Origin: Candidatus Levyibacteriota bacterium
GTDB taxonomy: Bacteria; Patescibacteriota; Microgenomatia; Levybacterales; UBA12049
Direction of reading: 5' to 3'
Assembly: GCA_041906785.1 (NCBI GenBank)
Contig: JAYRIM010000028.1
Location: 204,383 to 268,382, forward strand
Length of the DNA: 64,000 bases
The translations under genes were made by a program, and so were the position numbers. The notes under the pieces were generated by a model, which searched no databases, was not told the DNA's origin, and was given only the letters and a program-made list of their open reading frames with translations. Shown here piece after piece: positions 61,789 through 64,000 of the stretch (position 1 is the stretch's first letter; each line of letters opens with the position of its first letter).

Positions 61789-62154
61789 ATGAAAATAGTT
61801 AATCCAACAGCGGTTTTAGGAGAAGATCTGGCAACTGAATATCTTCAAAAAAAAGGATATAGAATTATTGAACGAAATTTTCGGCAACGGTATGGGGAAA
61901 TCGATATCATAGCAATTAAGGATGAAGTACTCGTTTTTATCGAAGTTAAAACGAGAAAATCAGAACGGTTTGGCACCCCATTAGAAGCTATAACTCCCTG
62001 GAAATTACGGGAATTGACCTCTACTGCACAGTTTTATACGATGCTTCATCCCAAGCTACCGAAAAGTTTACGTATTGATGCTATAAGCGTTATCTTGAAT
62101 AATGATAACAAAATCAGTACAATTGAACATGTCGAAAACATAAGTCTCGTATGA
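61789..62154 (+). CDS. yraN: YraN/UPF0102 PD-(D/E)XK nuclease-like protein
   Basis: GE..A..YL...GY.I..RN....GEIDII, VFIEVKTR, RID.I. Follows rplS, as is common. Confidence 0.93.
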   Translation: MKIVNPTAVLGEDLATEYLQKKGYRIIERNFRQRYGEIDIIAIKDEVLVFIEVKTRKSERFGTPLEAITPWKLRELTSTAQFYTMLHPKLPKSLRIDAISVILNNDNKISTIEHVENISLV

Positions 62155-63551
62155 TTCCTAAAAAAGTAAAAATTGTAGCCACGCTTGGACCTGCCAGCGA
62201 TCATCCTGATACTATACTCCGGATGGCTGATGCTGGAGTAAATGTATTTCGCATCAATCTCTCTCATGCAACCCGAGAAGAAATTCTTACTAGAATAAGT
62301 TCAGTAAGAAATGCTGAAAAAAAATTAAAAAAACCTCTTGCTATTCTCGGCGATCTTGCAGGTCCGAAGATACGTATTGGCGACATGGATGAAGGAGTAA
62401 TCATCGAGAAAGACCAAGAAGTACTTATTGTTAAAGAAACTATAAAAGGTAATAAAACGCGTTTTTCTTTAAACTACCCATCTATCGTTCCTCAATTAGC
62501 TAAAGGTGCAGAAATTTTTATTGATGACGGAAAACTAAAACTTGAAGTTGTAAAAAAATCAGATTCTTCAGTTGTCGCAAAAGTATTGGTTGGGGGACTA
62601 CTTAAACCTAGAAAAGGGTTTAACGCACAAGGTATTTCACTTGCAAGCCAAGGTTTATCGGAGAAAGATAAAAAAGATCTTGAGTTTGTTCTAGAAAACG
62701 GTGCAGATGCGATTGCAATATCCTTTGTTCAATCAGAGAGAGATGTGGAGCTTGTCAGAAAATTGCTTCCGAAAAATTCAAACCACTTATTGATTGCGAA
62801 AATTGAAACAATGAAGAGTATTGAGGAAATAGAGAAAATTGTTCATGCTGCGGATGGTATTATGGTAGCGCGAGGTGATCTAGGATTAGCTGTACCAATG
62901 GAAGAAATTCCCTTCCTTCAAAAAAGATTAATAGAAATGTGTTTAGAAAAAGCGAAACCAGTTATTACAGCAACACAAATGTTAGAATCTATGACAACGA
63001 ATCCTATTCCGACTCGTGCAGAAGTGACTGATGTGGCAAACGCGATTCTTGATGGTACAGATGCTGTTATGCTTTCAGGAGAATCAGCTGCCGGTAGTTT
63101 TCCTGTAGAAACAGTAGAAATGATGGCGAGAATAATTCGAGAGACGACGCCTCATGTATCACAACGAACATATCCGCATGAAAAAAATATTGCTCATGCA
63201 ATTAGTTCTTCTGTCGGATCTATTGCAGAAGACCTTCAGGCAAAGGCTATTATTGCTTTTACTGAAAGCGGTGCAACTGCTCGGAGAATTTCAAGACACC
63301 GATCATCACAACCTATTCTTGTTTTAACACCTAATGAATCGACCTGGAGAAACATGAATTTTACAGCTGGAGTATATTCATTTAAAATCGAGCCAACAAA
63401 AAATTTCGATCACATGATGAAACAGGCTAGACAAGTTGCGAGAACAAACCCTGTAATACCTTTGAAAGAAGGAGAACCGCTTGTTATTGTCGCAGGATTA
63501 CCATTTGGGAAACGAGGCTCAACAAATATGATCTATATTGAGCATGCTTAA
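62151..63551 (+). CDS. pyk: Pyruvate kinase
   Basis: KIVATLGPAS, DL.GPKIR, AKIE, MVARGDLG, TATQMLESM, PTRAE.TDVANA. Confidence 0.98.
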   Translation: MIPKKVKIVATLGPASDHPDTILRMADAGVNVFRINLSHATREEILTRISSVRNAEKKLKKPLAILGDLAGPKIRIGDMDEGVIIEKDQEVLIVKETIKGNKTRFSLNYPSIVPQLAKGAEIFIDDGKLKLEVVKKSDSSVVAKVLVGGLLKPRKGFNAQGISLASQGLSEKDKKDLEFVLENGADAIAISFVQSERDVELVRKLLPKNSNHLLIAKIETMKSIEEIEKIVHAADGIMVARGDLGLAVPMEEIPFLQKRLIEMCLEKAKPVITATQMLESMTTNPIPTRAEVTDVANAILDGTDAVMLSGESAAGSFPVETVEMMARIIRETTPHVSQRTYPHEKNIAHAISSSVGSIAEDLQAKAIIAFTESGATARRISRHRSSQPILVLTPNESTWRNMNFTAGVYSFKIEPTKNFDHMMKQARQVARTNPVIPLKEGEPLVIVAGLPFGKRGSTNMIYIEHA

Positions 63552-63563
63552 CATAACTTCTAC

Positions 63564-64000
63564 ATGGAACAGGATTTAAGGCGAGAAATAGGACATACAC
63601 TTGTAATTACTCCTCAATTAATTAATAGAGAAGCAGAACATCGTATCAGTGCTGCAAGAGAGCCTGAGAGCGAAGTTCCAGAGAGAGCTCAGGCTGTTGA
63701 AGATAGTAGAGGAAGAGTAAATAATTTAATGGTTGAGAGGTCAACGCTTAGTGAGAATGGTGAACCAAGAGCGCAAATAGAACGATATACCCCTGTTGCA
63801 AGTGGTAACGATACGCAAGATAATGTACCAAAAGAAACAAGACTGATTAGTACGTACGCTCTTTATGGAGAAAGAGACGGAGTAAAAGCTTCTGCGTGGT
63901 ATGAATATGGAATAAATAATGGACGAATGTATAAGCGTATGCATTTAGGTCTAGGCGAAGAAAGTACTTCTGTAGATGAGGGAAAGTCAATTGATTGGGA
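63564..64000 (+). CDS. Hypothetical protein (runs off window end)
   Basis: ATG 63564 (MEQDLRREIGH...) stays open for about 145 codons to the window edge; absent from the ORF track, presumably because it has no stop in the window. Confidence 0.65.
   Translation, partial: MEQDLRREIGHTLVITPQLINREAEHRISAAREPESEVPERAQAVEDSRGRVNNLMVERSTLSENGEPRAQIERYTPVASGNDTQDNVPKETRLISTYALYGERDGVKASAWYEYGINNGRMYKRMHLGLGEESTSVDEGKSIDW

Noticed and set aside
61789-62154. YraN nuclease as a defence or mobile system
   Set aside because: The rplS-yraN neighbourhood is a common housekeeping arrangement.

Overview
AT-rich bacterial chromosome segment in the standard genetic code. Gene content and style (reduced delta subunit, DnaE ending at the OB fold, many GT-C membrane proteins, near-leaderless starts, small palindromic and 7/8-mer repeats) suggest a Candidate Phyla Radiation / Microgenomates-type genome; this is inference. 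Layout: metK with a SAM-I/IV riboswitch and terminator (47-1272); a GT4 pair resembling glycolipid synthases (1.3-3.6 kb); a 1.24-kb ORF-free gap with DnaA boxes in a 23-bp inverted repeat (oriC candidate); a ~28-kb surface-glycan locus with three GT2-GT-C fusions, four more GT-C-like proteins, Wzx, an O-antigen ligase, NDP-sugar enzymes and methyltransferases; secreted C39-peptidase and Ig-like proteins; tRNA-Thr; a complete F1Fo ATP synthase operon punctuated by palindromic repeats; dnaE; gatCAB split by a nucleotide-processing cassette; murT/gatD; htpX; lemA; polX; tRNA-Asp; a LysM protein; a GIY-YIG nuclease bracketed by a decayed, hairpin-invaded 5' half of tRNA-Gly and an intact tRNA-Gly(CCC); then NUDIX, pyrG, rplS, yraN and pyk. 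The most unusual element is the tRNA-Gly/GIY-YIG unit at 58646-59187. All calls were made by eye; no searches were run.
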